Assembly: GCA_965153285.1 (NCBI GenBank)
Contig: OZ229110.1
DNA from: Podarcis tiliguerta
Lineage: Eukaryota
DNA: 64,000 bases
Reading direction: 5' to 3' (one strand)
Position 1 is the stretch's first letter; every line of letters starts with the position of its first letter. Below are positions 42,083 through 57,570 of this stretch, one piece after another. Below the pieces are notes generated by a model. That model was not told the origin of the DNA. It saw only the letters and a program-made list of their open reading frames with translations, and did not search any database. Position numbers and translations under genes: made by a program.

Positions 42083-42320
42083 GAGAGCCAATGTGGTGTA
42101 GTGGTTAGGAGCGGTAGACTCGTAATCTGGTGAACCGGATCTGCATCCCCGCTCCTCCACATGCAGCTGCTGGGTGACCTTGGGCTAGTCACACTTCTCT
42201 GAAGTGTCTCAGCCTCACTCACCTCACAGAGTGTTTGTTGTGGGGGAGGAAGGGAAAGGAGATTGTTAACCGCTTTGAGACTTCTTAGGGTAGTGATAAA
42301 GCGGGATATCACATCCAAAC

Positions 42321-42352
<32 letters not shown>

Positions 42353-42371
42353 CTTCTTCTTCTTCTTCTTC
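42083..42371 (+). mobile_element. Squam3-like CORE-SINE with (CTT)n tail
   Basis: Head gagagccaatgtggtgtagtggtta; CORE motif gggtgaccttgggctagtcac; L2-like 3' end; long CTT tail. Confidence 0.85.
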
Positions 42372-44754
42372 CCTCCCCAAAGAGGTTTGTTTGTCTACCT
42401 TTCTGCTCTCGTCAACAAGTGGCTAAAGCTAAATTCTAAGAGAGCTTTTGTTCAGAAAGCCATTTCACACTCGGAGGGAATACAGAAAGTTTAAAAAAAA
42501 ATGAAGCTAAGAGAGTGATGATGGCTGCTTTTTGCCAGTTCATACCTGGTTACAAGATTGCAACCTATATTTTGGGGTTTTGCTCTGTTTTTATAAAGCA
42601 TCTAAAATTGCTGGGTGCTTTACAAAAGCAAACATAGCACGGGCCCTGCTTGTATGCTTATACCATAACAGCTAGCTATTTATTTAGTGTATTTATATCA
42701 CACCTCTTCAAGGAGACTTGAATCCCGACTTTGGAGAAAGTTAAAATAAAAGATATCGGGGAGGTAAGGGGATCCATCAAGGGTTGAGAAGCCAATTAGA
42801 TGTCCTATAGAGATTCTAAAATGGATGCCACTGGGCATTCCAAAGTAGCTGTGTGGGGTGGAAACACAGGTAAGGGATCAACAGCTAGTTGGGTTAGAAT
42901 ATTGGTACCTTGAAAGTTGTGGAGTTCAGGGAGGAGTGTATAGGAAGAAAAGAGCAGATAGATATACAGGAGGAAACTGTGGAGACATTTCAAGCAAGTA
43001 CAATAACTTTTAAAGTCAGGGGATCCAGTGAAGAAACTGGTGCAAAGGAATAATATGAGCCGAAAATAGCAAGCAGCCGGATTGAAGTCGGAGTGGAAAG
43101 GCTAAGAGAGAAAGAAAACCAACAAGAAGAATGTTCCAATCAGTGCAGGAAACAGAAGAATGAATTAAAATGTTAATAAAGTCATGTATCCAAGTTCTTT
43201 AAAGATTCTGAACTTGGTGAACAAACATCAGTATTATCAAGAACAACTGAAAGTGATGGTAAGGGGTAGGAAGAAAAAGTTCTCAGTTTTGGTAGAAAAC
43301 TCACTAGTTCAGCTATCATTTTGTCAGCATGTTGTTGAGGCTGAACTTCTCTGATGCTGCTTGGAAGGTCTGCTACAGAGTGGTACACCTCCAGCTTCTC
43401 CAGTGTTTCTGTTTTGTCCGCTGGCCATAAAAGCGTACAAAAGTTTCAAAGGCCCCAAATGTTTGAGTATATGTTGCCTTATGTTCTGCTAATGACTGCT
43501 GAGGGCAAGCCTGTGTATCTGTTTTATACCTGAGTCAGGCTGCTCTATTTGAAGACCTGTCCACAACTTGCAGCGTCTTGCTGAAACTCTGTAGAAGTTA
43601 CCTTCCTGGGCTCACCTATGAGCAAAGAAGCCAGGACCTTAATGGTTGTCAAAATGGTTGCCTTCATGTTACATGAATTGGGAGAAGAGTGGGAGGTAGG
43701 GAACGACTGACAGACAGCCACACCAGGAAAGTCCCTTTGTAATAACTTGAGCTTTGAACTAAATTCTGTGAATAATCCTAACATCTGTTCTGACAGGTTT
43801 AGTCAAACAATTTTGATTAAATGACTCATTCACAGCTTGTGGAGTCATGAATATGAAGCTATAGAAAGACTGCATAGTTACAGCCCTTTTGGTCAGAGAG
43901 GGACTGTTGCATTGTCATCTTTGTCATGATTGCATTGACCGTTCCCCACTTCCCACCCTCTGTCTGCGAGCTCTTGCCAGGTCTGTTTGTTGCTTCTCTT
44001 TCATCTCGATGAAATGCCTTTTTCCTCCCTTCATTTACAGCTGTCAAGTCGTGTTCCCTCCTGGGGTGGGAGTGCTTCCATATATGATCATCCTTAGAAG
44101 TATTTTTATGCGGGGTGGCTGTTGAATTACTTGTTTCCTTGGTATGTGTAGCAATCTTAAAGCACGTGATTCAAAGCAAGCTTTTTACTCCCTAACTTGC
44201 ATTCTGAGTTTAATTTAGAACAACTCGACTTCCTTCAGAGGGGAACCGTAAGCTATACTGCCCTTTCTTGACTATAGTTTTGGCCTTAGACACTTTCACA
44301 CCTGAAGCACAGACTACACAGTACTGGTGCTCATTTCTAGGACACATATTTCCTGACTGTAAGGAAGTTTCTTCTCTTGAGAGCCAGAAGTTCCAAGAAG
44401 CTGGATGCTGGGCTCTGACTGGACCTTACTTTCACATAGATGTGCAGGCATTGCACCCAGTGTTCATATCATCTGTCTAAATGTGTACACGGGATGATCT
44501 GTATGCATGTATAAATGTTCATATGGGGGGGGGGTTATTGGATTGTTCTTTTTATTTTGATTATGTATTTTGTGGTTTTCTATTTTTTTATTTTGTGAAA
44601 TGCCCTGAGACCTCCGGGTATTGGGCAGTATATAAATTCTATTACTATTACTATCATCATCATCATTATTTATTATTTATTTTGTATTGATGTGGCATTA
44701 ACAACAGTTTTTTGCCATTAAAATTTTTTTAAAAAAATTATTATTATTATTATT

Positions 44755-44881
44755 AATAATAATAATAATAATAATTTATTTATACCACACCCATCTGGCT
44801 GAGTTTCCCCAGCCACTTTGGGTGGCTCCCAGTCAAGTGTTAAAAACAATACAGCATTAAATATTAAAAACTTCCCTAAAC
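44755..44881 (-). mobile_element. L2 3' end with (ATT)n tail
   Basis: Reverse complement resembles 13790-13915 in this window. Confidence 0.8.
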
Positions 44882-45949
44882 TTAAATATACAAATATTCA
44901 AATATTTTCTTTCATTGCATAATTGCTTAAATATACAAATATTTATAATATCAGAAAGCAATACTAAACTCTCTCATATATATAGAGAGAGAGAGAGAGA
45001 AAGAGGATTAATATGCTAGGGTCTGTGCCCCTGATTGCATTGTTTATCACTCTGCATAAACTCACCCCCTCACAGCTTACACTCAGCAGTGGTGGTTGGC
45101 GAGATGGTATGTGTGTGACTCCGTTGCTTTCCTGGCTTCTTGGGCTCTATCTATTTAATGCTTGTGTGTGACTGCAAGCTATGTTGTCTTAAAACACCTG
45201 ACAGATGAATGCAAATCCAATGCAGGAGTGATTGCTTCCCATCATTGTGTTCTCACCAGCAGACAGGCCACCAAATTTTCAAGTACTTAAGATTTTGCTA
45301 CTGCCAACAAGAATGTATTGGTCTTACCTGGAGAACACCAAAAGGTTGTCAAACTGGAATTTGTACAAAGTGATCCTAGTCACACTGCTGTATCAAAACT
45401 TCAGAACTCAAGAGCACCCTGGAACTCGGAGCCTGAGCAGTCAAAGAACCTAATCATGGCATATCTTCCTTTCTTGCTCTCCAGTCCCCTGGGCCTGCTA
45501 AAAGTCATTTCTTTAGTCCGGACTTGGTTTCTGCTGGCTCACCTACAATTCCAAGTCAAATCCTGGATATGCAGGACCTTGGTTGTGAAAAGTGAAGAGA
45601 CAGGCAGTGGTAGCGCTTGGAACCAAGCTCAGCATCTTTATGTAACCCACATAGTTGCACTGCACTGTTAGAGAAGCAAGACTGCTGCCTATAGGAACCC
45701 ACGTGGCTGGTTATAATTCAGCCATTCCTAGGTAGCAGTGATACAAACATTCTGGAATGTAACCCTCTGAAATTTTTTGGTTATCTAAATCGGATTTCTC
45801 CACAAATTATTCCAGATTAATCTTGCATTGTCAGTTACATCTATATAGCTAGACTGTAGTAGTATCACCATTCTTAGTGTAATCCTGGAGCCATTTCTTT
45901 CTCACAATCTTGCTTCTCACCCAGGGGGTGGGTATATGATCACATTGTT

Positions 45950-46780
45950 GTTGTTGTTGTTTATTAAAGATTTTCTTGTTTTACAGAAGTATGTGTAATG
46001 TCTCTCGTATTTTTTCCATGTAACATTTTTACAAATCAGTTTCATTTGTTGAGACATTGGGGGGGGGAAGGGGGGGAGATGGGGGTGGAATTGGGGTCGG
46101 GTGGCGATGTTTCTATTTTGCTTAATGTATGTAGGGTTTGGTGTCAGCGTTGCTCGTGCAGGTTCTCTGCTGTTCATTTGTGTTTCTTTGGTGGTGAGAA
46201 AGGTTGGGGTTGGCCTAGGGTGTGGTTGTTTGTTTGTGATTGGCTGTGGTGATCTTTGTTTTTGTGTGTGAGTGGGGTGGGTGGGTGGGTGTTTTGGGTC
46301 AGGTTAGCCATATTGATTTGTATGCTATTGGTGGATTATTGTCATTGTCTTGTTGGGCTGTGTATGTGGTGAGCCATACCGGGGTAAAGGTGTATTCTTC
46401 TATTTGTCCCCGTTTCAGTTTCAGTTTATTGGTTAATTTTTCTAGTAGGGCTGTTTCCCATACTATTTGGTACCATTGGTCCATGCTTACTCCTGATAGG
46501 TCTCTCCAGTGTCTGATTATGGCGTTTCTGGCTGCTGAAAGTAAGTGGGTTATGAGTTCTTTGTGGTGTAAATGGGCATTGTTGTCTTGGAAGATGTTTA
46601 GTAGGGCCAATTCTGGGGTGATGTCTAATACCTGCTTAGTTATTTTACATATTTCTCGTATGGCTGTTGTCCAGAATAGTGGATTTTGGGGCACTCCCAC
46701 CACATGTGGAGGTATGTACCTGTGGAGGTGCACCCTTTCCAGCATTTTGGTGAGGTTCCTGGGTGTATTAGTGCTAGTTT
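45950..46780 (-). mobile_element. L1-clade LINE, 5'-truncated
   Basis: Minus strand reads CWKGCTSTGTYLHMWWECP (ORF2 CCHC knuckle), then FW...AARNAIIRHW; AATAAA plus (AAC)n tail; 10-bp TSD tcacattgtt at 45940-45949 and 46781-46790. Confidence 0.9.
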
Positions 46781-46877
46781 TCACATTGTTTATGGCTATA
46801 TCAGTCCCCAGGAGACTACTTGCCAGGCGTCAGCGAATGTTGCATTCATTCTCTATGCAGATGGAAACTATACATGA

Positions 46878-47141
<264 letters not shown>

Positions 47142-47429
47142 TAGAGACTGTAATAACTTTGTGATCTACCCATTTACTAGGCCAAGCCTTTCTCCCTTTC
47201 TTTTGTGGTACAGTTTTCGACCTCTTAATATAGAAGCTAAAGGCTTAACCAGATGTGGGTATCTGTATATTAAATTGATTCTTGCTGGCTTGCCAACACT
47301 AGGCAGGGGTGTAGGGTTAATTTATAAGGTTAAACAGGGCAGGCATGGGATGAGAACAACACCTGCCCCTTCCTGAGCTCTCCTGCTTTAAGGCACATCG
47401 CCCCCCTCTCTCACACACTACCTCGCTAG

Positions 47430-48156
<727 letters not shown>

Positions 48157-50096
48157 TAGAGTTTGAAAAGGGGATCTCCCTTTTTTGAGGGAACTTCCAT
48201 AACTCGGTGGCATAACTTTTGCATGCAAGTCCCCAAGTTCAATCCTTGGCATCTTTGCACTGGGGAAAAACTCCTGTTTCAAACCTTGGAGAGCCACTAT
48301 TAAACAGGGCAGGTTGGAATTGTAGAACATTTTCTCTCTCTTGAGAGCCACATTCCTTCTGGGATAATTGGCCATGGAACACAGGCCAGCAACAGTTGGT
48401 GGGATCAGAGCCAAACGTTGGCAGAGATGGAACCAAATGCGGTCAGGGCACCCCTTTTCTTTCTGCTATTCCCATTTCACCCCTCATTGACATCAGCATG
48501 AAATAAGATTAATGGTCACATAGGATGAGGTTGATGCCGTGTGGAATTGGGTTGAAGCCATATGCCTATCTTTAATCTAGACATTCCTGAGCTAGATAAA
48601 GTGGTCTGACTTGGTATAAGGCAGTTTTCTTATACCAGTAATAGCAAGAAGATGATTGTGGCAATAAATTCCACAGTCAGCTGGATTAGGCCACAGGATA
48701 TGTTCTCATGAAATTGGTAGGCCAAACCATTATTGTGAATTATCCCTTTCCATATGACTGATCTGTAGTTTTTTTGGGAGGAGACACTCTGGGGATGAAC
48801 AAATCCCTTTTGTCAATGACATTTAGCATCAAGCGGCTATAAAGGAGATCTGACAATCCTTGTTTGGAGGAATGGGTGCTAAGATAAGGGCATCTGTAGT
48901 GGATACATACATGTTCCCGTAAAGAGGCTTGATACTTAGGAAGTGGCTTAGGAAACTGGTCTTCCTGATTATAATGTTGCACTTTCTACGTTAACTCAGC
49001 TTGTTCCCTGAGTAATTGCCATATGAATGATTCAGGTCAAAATCTATGAGGATGAGACAATGATCCATGACATCATTATCAAGGCATGAGTCTCTCTTCA
49101 ATTATGTTTACAACACTTGCCATACCAACAATTACTCATCCCATGAGAGTGTGCCCAGGAGGACCATCTCTTAATAGCTAGTGTAACCTCTAGTAAAAGG
49201 GGGGTTTCCATTCTGAATGCAAGAAGTCAGGTTGTCACTTTTATGAACAAATATGTATTCTTATTTCCCATCTGTTTGGATCTTGCAAACTATCCAAGCA
49301 CTATCTACAACTTGAAAAGTACTTTGAGAGCTGGCACATTATCAAGACTATTCCAGAACCCTAAACAAATGTCTGTGTGTTGTGCTCATCTCCGAGGTAG
49401 CTGAATCCTATGGCATATATCTTGCCATACAATGAATACACTGAACACAATGAGTGCCATTCCCTTAACTTGTCTGGCCAATGCAAGGATTTCTGCTTGT
49501 GCAACATACGTCCTCCCCTTGCACTGACACACTGAGTTAGTTGGATACCACCAATGACATTATGTGGAAATTCATGCACATCAAGGCAAGTTTATTTAGG
49601 GAAGCTGCAGTACTGGAATAGTAACTAATGTGGGTCAGGTGGAGTGGCTTGCCATACCTTCCTTTTTAATTTATGAATGGTTTTATGTGTATTCTGATTG
49701 CAATAGCTTTATAAGCACACTTTCTGTTGTTTTAACCCTCCCTGGGACCTTATGGAAAAGTGTTGCTAAGAAATCTTTTAAGTAAATAGTGCACCCCCTT
49801 CCATACCTTCTTAAAGAGGGACGTGTGTGTTACAAATGTCCCCAGCAGGAACGAGGGAGGTCACTCAATTATGTGCTGAGAGAAATGTCGCCTAATAAAG
49901 GCACTGATTTCCTTGTAGGATCCAGTAACTGAAGGATCCAGTAGTTCAAATATTCCTATTAGTTTTAATATTCCAATTTTTTAGCATAGTGACTTGGGCT
50001 GCACAAGTAGAAGATAGGTGTTATTGGAGGAAGTGGAGCAAGAACTCCATTAAGACCCAGTGTTAAAGTTTCAGTTCCACAGTGCATTGTCTACTA

Positions 50097-50327
50097 CAGT
50101 GGTACCTCGGGTTAAGTACTTAATTTGTTCTGGAGGTCCGTTCTTACCCTGAAACTGTTCTTAACCTGAGGTACCACTTTAGCTAATGGGGCCTCCCACC
50201 GCCACCACATGATTTCTGTTCTCATCCTGAAGCAAAGTTCTTAACCTAAGTTACTATTTCTGGGTTAGCAGAGTCTGTATCCTGAAGCGTCTGTAACCTG
50301 AAGCATCTGTAACCTGAGGTACCACTG
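50097..50327 (-). mobile_element. pogo/Tigger-like MITE, family B, copy 3
   Basis: ta|cagtggtacctcgggtt ... aacctgaggtaccactg|ta. Confidence 0.9.
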
Positions 50328-50813
50328 TATTCATGATGACCTATAAATTACCTCCAACTTCAGAGGCAGTATGCTACTGAACACCACCTGCTGGGGACCA
50401 AAGCCCAGGAGAGAGCCATCATTCTCAAGCCCTGCTAATGGTGTTTTTCAAAACAGCCAGTTGGCTGCTATGGAGAAGCAGGATGCTGGGCTAGTTGGAC
50501 CATTGGTCTGATCTGGCCAGGCTCCTCATATTTTTTGTTACCTTCTCAGTCACTGCAACATTCAGGCTATTGATCTGAGGCCAGTGTTTAGTTGCAACAC
50601 TTCTGTGTATAAATTCTACATTCAAAGTTTATATGGAAACAATTTGATTCTAAGCCTTCTTAGGCTCTGTCTTCACATTTTTAAACATACAGAGCTTTGG
50701 GCTCTAAATTTTAAAAAACGCATTTGTATTCAAATAACATATTGACAAAGACCAGAGTTGAAGAAGCCTTTTCACAGGACTGCAGTGCCGATAATATGCA
50801 AAAATTGCTGTAG

Positions 50814-51008
<195 letters not shown>

Positions 51009-52238
51009 TAAGCCCATGTATTGTAAATATATTGAAATGCACTTTAACAAAAAGAAAGAAAGAAAGAAAAGAAACACAGCTTCCCTTTGATATTTCTGTA
51101 TAGGGACAGTGCCTGAATACTGTAACAAAATGTAAACTACTATGTTTTTGTAACACTAGAATTAATGTGAGACACATAGGAACGCACACTTTTTCTTTTT
51201 TCTTTTGGCAGATGTGTAGCAATTTCCCTTGCATCTTGTTTAAATGTATCCACCTTGACACTGTTGTCACAGTATGACTAGGTCATTTAACAGTAGCATG
51301 TAATGGGGAATGTTAATGTTGCCAAGAGTTCCAGCGTGAATTGTCCTATATAATATCTTAACCCTTGTCTTGTTATAGACAATGTATTGTGGAACTGCAA
51401 CATTGACACTGGGCACTGACTCAGCTTGTTCTTGTACAGTACTACCCTTTTCCTTCAGGACAACACTGTGTTCAGTTCACCTTCTAAAAATCTCCTTAAT
51501 GAGGATATGTAGTTTTTCTGTTAGCCTGACATTGCCAGGGAAGCGTAAAGTGAGCACTTCTCTTGTTCATAGTCTATCAGGGTAGATGGAAAGCCTTTCG
51601 CTATCTCAAGCTTCCTGTCTTTAATAACAAAAAGAGAAGTGTTATAAGCAGGAACACTTGCTGTTTAATGTAAAATATCTTGAAAAGCTACACACATCAG
51701 ACACCGTTACTTTAACTTGAGCACATTTTTCATTCAGTAATACTTCTGTTGGGATGTGTTGCCTATGTTGCTGTTTTGAGTTCTAGCAATCAACAGCATT
51801 GTACAATCAAGCTGCACTCACACCAGTGTGTATTAGGATACTGCCATGGGACAGCTGTTGCTGTGCGTCTGGCCTCTAGAAGGGGTGAAGCCTTCAACCT
51901 AGGCTGTTTCTACAGTCCTTTCCAACCAAGCATTGGCAGAAGACACCATGCTGTGGGAGAAGAGGCTAGGATGAGACATTTCAAGTATTGCCAACAGTGA
52001 ATGCTCCACAAAACCTGATCGGATCTCCACAAAACACATCAGTCTGGGAGCTAAAAGGGTCTCTTTATTCCCTCGAATACCTCGGCTGCTTGCTGCATTG
52101 CTGCAGTAATATCACACATATTCCTAAAAGATGAAATCTGCTTTCATCTTCAGACCTATGTATATTAAGAGAAATGGACAATGGTCTGTATTGACAGTGC
52201 AGCTGTATTTTTTAGCAGAGGAATCTAGGGTCAGTTGA

Positions 52239-52415
<177 letters not shown>

Positions 52416-53690
52416 GAATCCTCTGAACCAAGCTGTCAACTGCCAGATTAATTCTACCTTTCTGCCTACCTTTCTATGTGTCTCAGTGTTTTGTCTAGCC
52501 TTATATGTGCATGTTGTATAAATGGTCACCAAAGTAGCCTTAGGCTAAAAGAACAAGGCTGACCCAGTCTAGAAGACATCTTAGTCATCTCAGGGCAGAT
52601 GTCAAAACACTAAGGCTTCTTTTAATACTTCCCGGTTTCTTTCTCCTCTTGTGTCAAGAAGCTTGCACCTTGTGGAGTTTTATTCACAAAGGAAACAAAA
52701 CAATATTAAACAAGGTATTGAAGTCAAGCTTAAGCATTGCTGGTATGGGTATTTTTTCCACTTGTGACATCTGTATTAATCACACTTGAGAGGGAATCCT
52801 CTGATCAAAATGTAGAGTATTTTTTTAAAAAGTGGATTTGAAGGTTTTACCCTTTAGTAGGTTAGACTTCAAAATTCAGCTTGCCTTACAGGAAGCCAAT
52901 ACACTGAATTTCATTGTCAGTAAATATTTTTTGTGTGTTTCAGCTCTTGTTTATGCTGCAGCTTTTTCAGTGGTCAACAGTCTACTGTATTTATTTTATG
53001 GCTCCAGTAACAGCTACAGGATTTATTATTATTACAACTATGTGGCCAAATACCTGTGCTCACTCTGGACTTGGGCATTTGTTTCAGTTTTAGAAGATTT
53101 TACATCATGGTTTGGAATAAATTGTGTCTTCCTTTTGTATTTTCCAGGTAAGGGATTCAAGAAAACTAAACCTGTAGCTGTTTTTTGGTTTTTTTGTTTT
53201 GATGTAAGATAAAAAAAAAGATGAATTTTCTCTTTTCATTGTCAGATGATTAAATGTTTTTTGCTATATACTTTTATACATTATTTTCTTATCAAACTAG
53301 TTAACAAGTATTTTTATATGTTTGTAAGCAAATATGCTTTCATGGCATAACGTGTAAATGTAAAGATGAGTATTTAATTCTCACAGTACACTTTTAACTG
53401 ACAAAATTAATGCAAGATCTGCAGAACTGTGGTAGAACCTCTTTTCTGTTCCAGTTGTATACACCAGTGGCCGATTATGTGCCTGCCCAGTGTATCTGTT
53501 AAACTGTCATGTTTTTCAAATTGCCTTCCATACCCTTTACAAATGACTGACCATTATGTGACTATTAAACTGTACAAACCTTTACATGTTTGTTCAGTTG
53601 TGAATGCTGTTCAACTCTGAATGACACAAAAGGTAGCCAAATAATTCAGGCTTATTCTGTGACATTAAATACTGGGTTGTATTTGCAGTT
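52416..53690 (+). other. RRAS2: RRAS2 3'UTR (approximate), with candidate poly(A) signals AATAAA 53116, ATTAAA 53564, ATTAAA 53664
   Basis: No recognisable TE in this AU-rich stretch; GT-rich sequence follows 53669; repeats resume at 53777. Confidence 0.65.
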
Positions 53691-53776
53691 TTTGTCGCCT
53701 TACCATAAGTATAAAGCAGGTTATTAAGCATACCCTTGCATAAGTTCAGGTGCTAGAATTAAATAGGATATCTAGT

Positions 53777-53888
53777 CAGGGTTTTTTTTTCAGCAGGAGC
53801 TCTCAGGTGGGCACCATTGCCATTCTAAGAGAACAAGGAAGAAGTTCACGGTGAGCTCCGGCATCTATTTTTCTAGAAAATAGCACTG
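53777..53888. mobile_element. Short MITE (related copies at ~31084-31190 and ~57440-57565)
   Basis: cagggttttttttt ... aaaatagcactg; three similar copies in the window. Confidence 0.7.
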
Positions 53889-54839
53889 GATATAGTCATT
53901 TATGGGAAGAGAATTTCCGCTGTCTATTTCCATTTTCTTTTAAGCACTGGCTCAAGGTTTGGAGAGACCAGTTTCTGAAACAGTAATATGGGCTTACACA
54001 TTTTCAGGCTAAAATAACTCAAGAGCTGTCTGATTAAAAGATCAACCAGGGTATCAACCAGGGTGTTTCTTAACTTTCAACTTATGAGCAGTTTCAAGGC
54101 ACAAGTCCTGATGAGGATTCAGCCCTCTTCATGTGCAGAGTTAATTATGTCCTTTGTTCCTCTCCCACCCTTCCAAAAGCACAGATCACTTTATCTTAGA
54201 GCCAGATAAGTTGGGACCAACTTCACAAGCGCTCTTGGCTAATGAGCGTGTCACTATGTAAGTAAATCATGGGAGAATTGGCAAGGTAGTGCATGTACAA
54301 GCAGAGTAGGCTTGTACATTGTCTTCCCTTATTTGTCTTGAATCTTCATTGAAGAGGATTAGGAACAGATCCTAGGCTCATGTACTCAGTCCTTGATCTT
54401 CCCAGACCTTATTTGTGGTCCCTTCACTCACCTGTATTGATATTTACTTTATTATCTCCTAGGGCCAGAAGATAACTTTTGTAGTTCCCTTCCAACCACC
54501 AGTGGGAGGAGAGTAATGCATGAGCTTAAAGCCCATTTCCCAAATCTTCCTGAAGAATCTGAATAGTCATTTTTGAGATTACCTTTTGCTTGCCCTGGGT
54601 TATAGGTAGGGATGTGAATGTGAAGGAAAGAGAGAACCTCTAACCCTTGTGTGGTTGGAATGTAGCCATCAACCACTGGTCTGCAACACCTGGAAGGTTG
54701 TTCACTAGAAATTGCAGGCCTCAGTTTGGAAAAGATCCATAACGGGAAGAAGCCAAACTCCTTCACCACTTTGAACTAACAACTAGGTACGCACTGCACA
54801 AGATGGCTCTGTTTTGTGTTCCTGGGATAGGTATAAATA

Positions 54840-55216
54840 AATAAAAATGGTCTCCCGAACAATTGAATCCAGTCAAAGATGACTATGGGGTGTGATGCTC
54901 ATTTCACTTTCAGGCCAAGGGAGCCAGTGTTTGTCCACAGACAGCTTTCCGGGTCATGTGGCCAGTATGACTAAACTGCTTCTGGTGCAACGGAGCACCA
55001 TGACAGAAGCCAGAGCACACAGAAACACTGTTTACCTTTCCCCTGCTGCAGTACCTGTTTTATCTACTTGCACTAGTATGCTTCTGTACTGCTAGGCTGG
55101 CAGAAGCTGGGACAGAGCAATGGGAGCTCACCCCGTCATGGGGATTCGAACCACCTACCTTCGGATTGGGAAGCCCAAGAGGCTCAGTGGTTTAGACCAC
55201 AGTGCCACTGCGTCCC
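54840..55216 (-). mobile_element. Sauria SINE, more diverged
   Basis: Similar to the copy at 1129-1487; flanking repeat tcctgggatag at 54820-54830 and 55227-55237. Confidence 0.88.
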
Positions 55217-55456
55217 TTACCTTACCTCCTGGGATAGTAACCAACTAAACAGTTGGGTCTGCAACAGGACTTGCCTTCCCTCATCTCCCTGCTCCCCGCC
55301 CCAAATATGGGAGGAAACTCACAACAGATTTAGGGGCACACAGGGTAAGGAGGAGAAATTATGTTGGACAGCCAAAGGTGCTTAATGCATTTGGAAATCG
55401 TCCTGGTTTTTGATATCCACTCGTGGCAACTTATTGTACAAACCCCATTTTCAACC

Positions 55457-55458
<2 letters not shown>

Positions 55459-55500
<42 letters not shown>
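55459..55500. repeat. (CT)n microsatellite
   Basis: Direct read. Confidence 0.95.
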
Positions 55501-55503
<3 letters not shown>

Positions 55504-56034
55504 ATCGGACCTACACCTTTTTAGTTATCTGGTGGAAAATGAGATACTTCCAGAGTTGGGAATTGTGTGGGTACATGGGAAAGAAAAAACAATTGGAAGC
55601 TTTGGGCTGAATCCGGCTGCCTGTCTCTTTTCTCTTGCTTAGCCCTTGAAGCAGTACATGCCTTCTGCTGTTCAGGTTGCTCAATGAAGGACAGAGAGAG
55701 AGAGAGAGAGACAGATGTCTAGCAGTGCTGCATCCAGTGCCCCTTCAGCTGGCCAGAAAGAGCAACTGGTGTCCCAGTTGTGTGCCTTTCTCAGCAACCA
55801 CAGAAACTGGCTCTGGCTCCACTCAGTCGCTTCGTACAGGATGGGAGAGGATGTAGTCAATATCCCAGCTGTTCATGCAGGGCAACTGCAGCAGCAACAC
55901 AATACGTAAACGAGTTGACTGTCTCCTGCATTTAGTCTGAGTTCCCATGTCTGTCTGTCTGTCCGTCAAGGGGCGAATGACTTCATTTCAGTATGCATGC
56001 CCAATAGGAATTGTGAAGATTGAAAGCATTCTGT

Positions 56035-56070
56035 AAAACAAAACAAAACAAAACAAAACAAAACAAAACA
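56035..56070. repeat. (AAAAC)n microsatellite
   Basis: Direct read. Confidence 0.95.
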
Positions 56071-57570
56071 ACTTTCCTGTACACCTGTCTTTATTTTTCA
56101 GTTTTGGCATTGGTCCAGAATTCACATCTCTCACTGAAGCACCAGTTATTAGTGCAGACCAAAGTTGCAAAATACTTTTGGTATAAATGGCACCAAATGG
56201 CTCTGAAGTGGTACACTGATTGTTGGGAATAATAGCAGAAGAGACACCAAGAGGTGTGGGGAATTTGTTCTAGCATCTAACTCCCACCAGCTCTCCAACG
56301 AAGGTGTAGACCTGACCATGATTCCATCAAGTAGGATAGGACTCAACTTTACTCAGTGTATGGCCTGTTGTCTTCTAACTTCACTGCAATCTTTTTTTTT
56401 TTATGCATGCAAACTTTGCTCATTCAATATCATTAGCACAATGGCATTCTCTTTCTGGAGTAAGAGCCACATCTGTTCTTAATAGCATGGTGTCAGCTGT
56501 GCACTTCAATTCTAGAGAAGTGAAAGAAGGCAGGGACAGTTTGCTCTAGATAGTCAATCTAGTCCTGTGCTCTGCTAATGCAACACAGTGATGACTTAGA
56601 GAAAGAGAGAAAGTGTGTCTGTGTGTGTAAGAGAGAGAGATTTCAAATGCCAAAAATTTCAGTGACATTCTAGGGCTTGGACATTGGATTGTATTAGATG
56701 CTACACGATCTTCTTCCTCATAATGTCTTGTGTGGCACAAATTGTGCCATGATGTTACCACATTGTCATCTGGTGCAAATGTTACCCATTAGTCACTCCC
56801 CCATATTAGATTTCCGTATCTGCAAAGTACATAAGGATTAGCATTTGTAGTGGCAATCTCAGAATAGCAGCGCATGGTCAGCAGCCCTGGCTGTTCAAAG
56901 CAAACGATGGAAACAAAGGATTGGTACAAAATTATTGGATAAGATGTTTGGGAAAGGACCATGCAACATAGAACGATTTGATCAACGCAGCAAAAGATGG
57001 CAATTGAGAACTCAATAGTAAAACTGACAAGCATGAACAAACCTCAAGAGGCAATAAATAGAATGGCTATTCTCCTCCCCCTCACCCCTGTGTTATCTCA
57101 GTTCTTCCATGTGGAAAAGAAGAATTCTTTTTTTTTGTTTTTTGTAGAATGATTTCTTGTTTTTGGAGTGATTGGTCTCAAAATTGTTAGTGTTTCAACA
57201 TGTTATCAAATGGCATTCCCTCCCCCCACTTGCACAAATGGGATCTCTTAACCCTTTTTTATGTAGCGTTTTTTTGTTCTGTACCCAAATTGTTGAACAG
57301 ATGCCTGCGTTTTAAGTTTATTATGTAAATTCAAAAGCTTAATCCTTGGGTGTCCTATTAGATCTATTTCCCTTTTGTCTTTCTTAAGATGAGCTACATA
57401 TAAAATGGATTCACTTATCTGACAAATTAATAGATACAGGCAGGGTTTTTATCAGCCGGAACTCAGTTCCTACCACCTCAGGTAGGGGCCATTGCCATTA
57501 TAAGTGGGTAAGGGAGGCGTTCATGGTGAGCTCTGGCACCTCTTTTTCTAGAAAAATAGTACTAGATATA

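Noticed and set aside
56780-57340. A-rich, coding-looking stretch
   Set aside because: Interrupted by stops; resembles a heavily decayed L1 3' end but too weak to call
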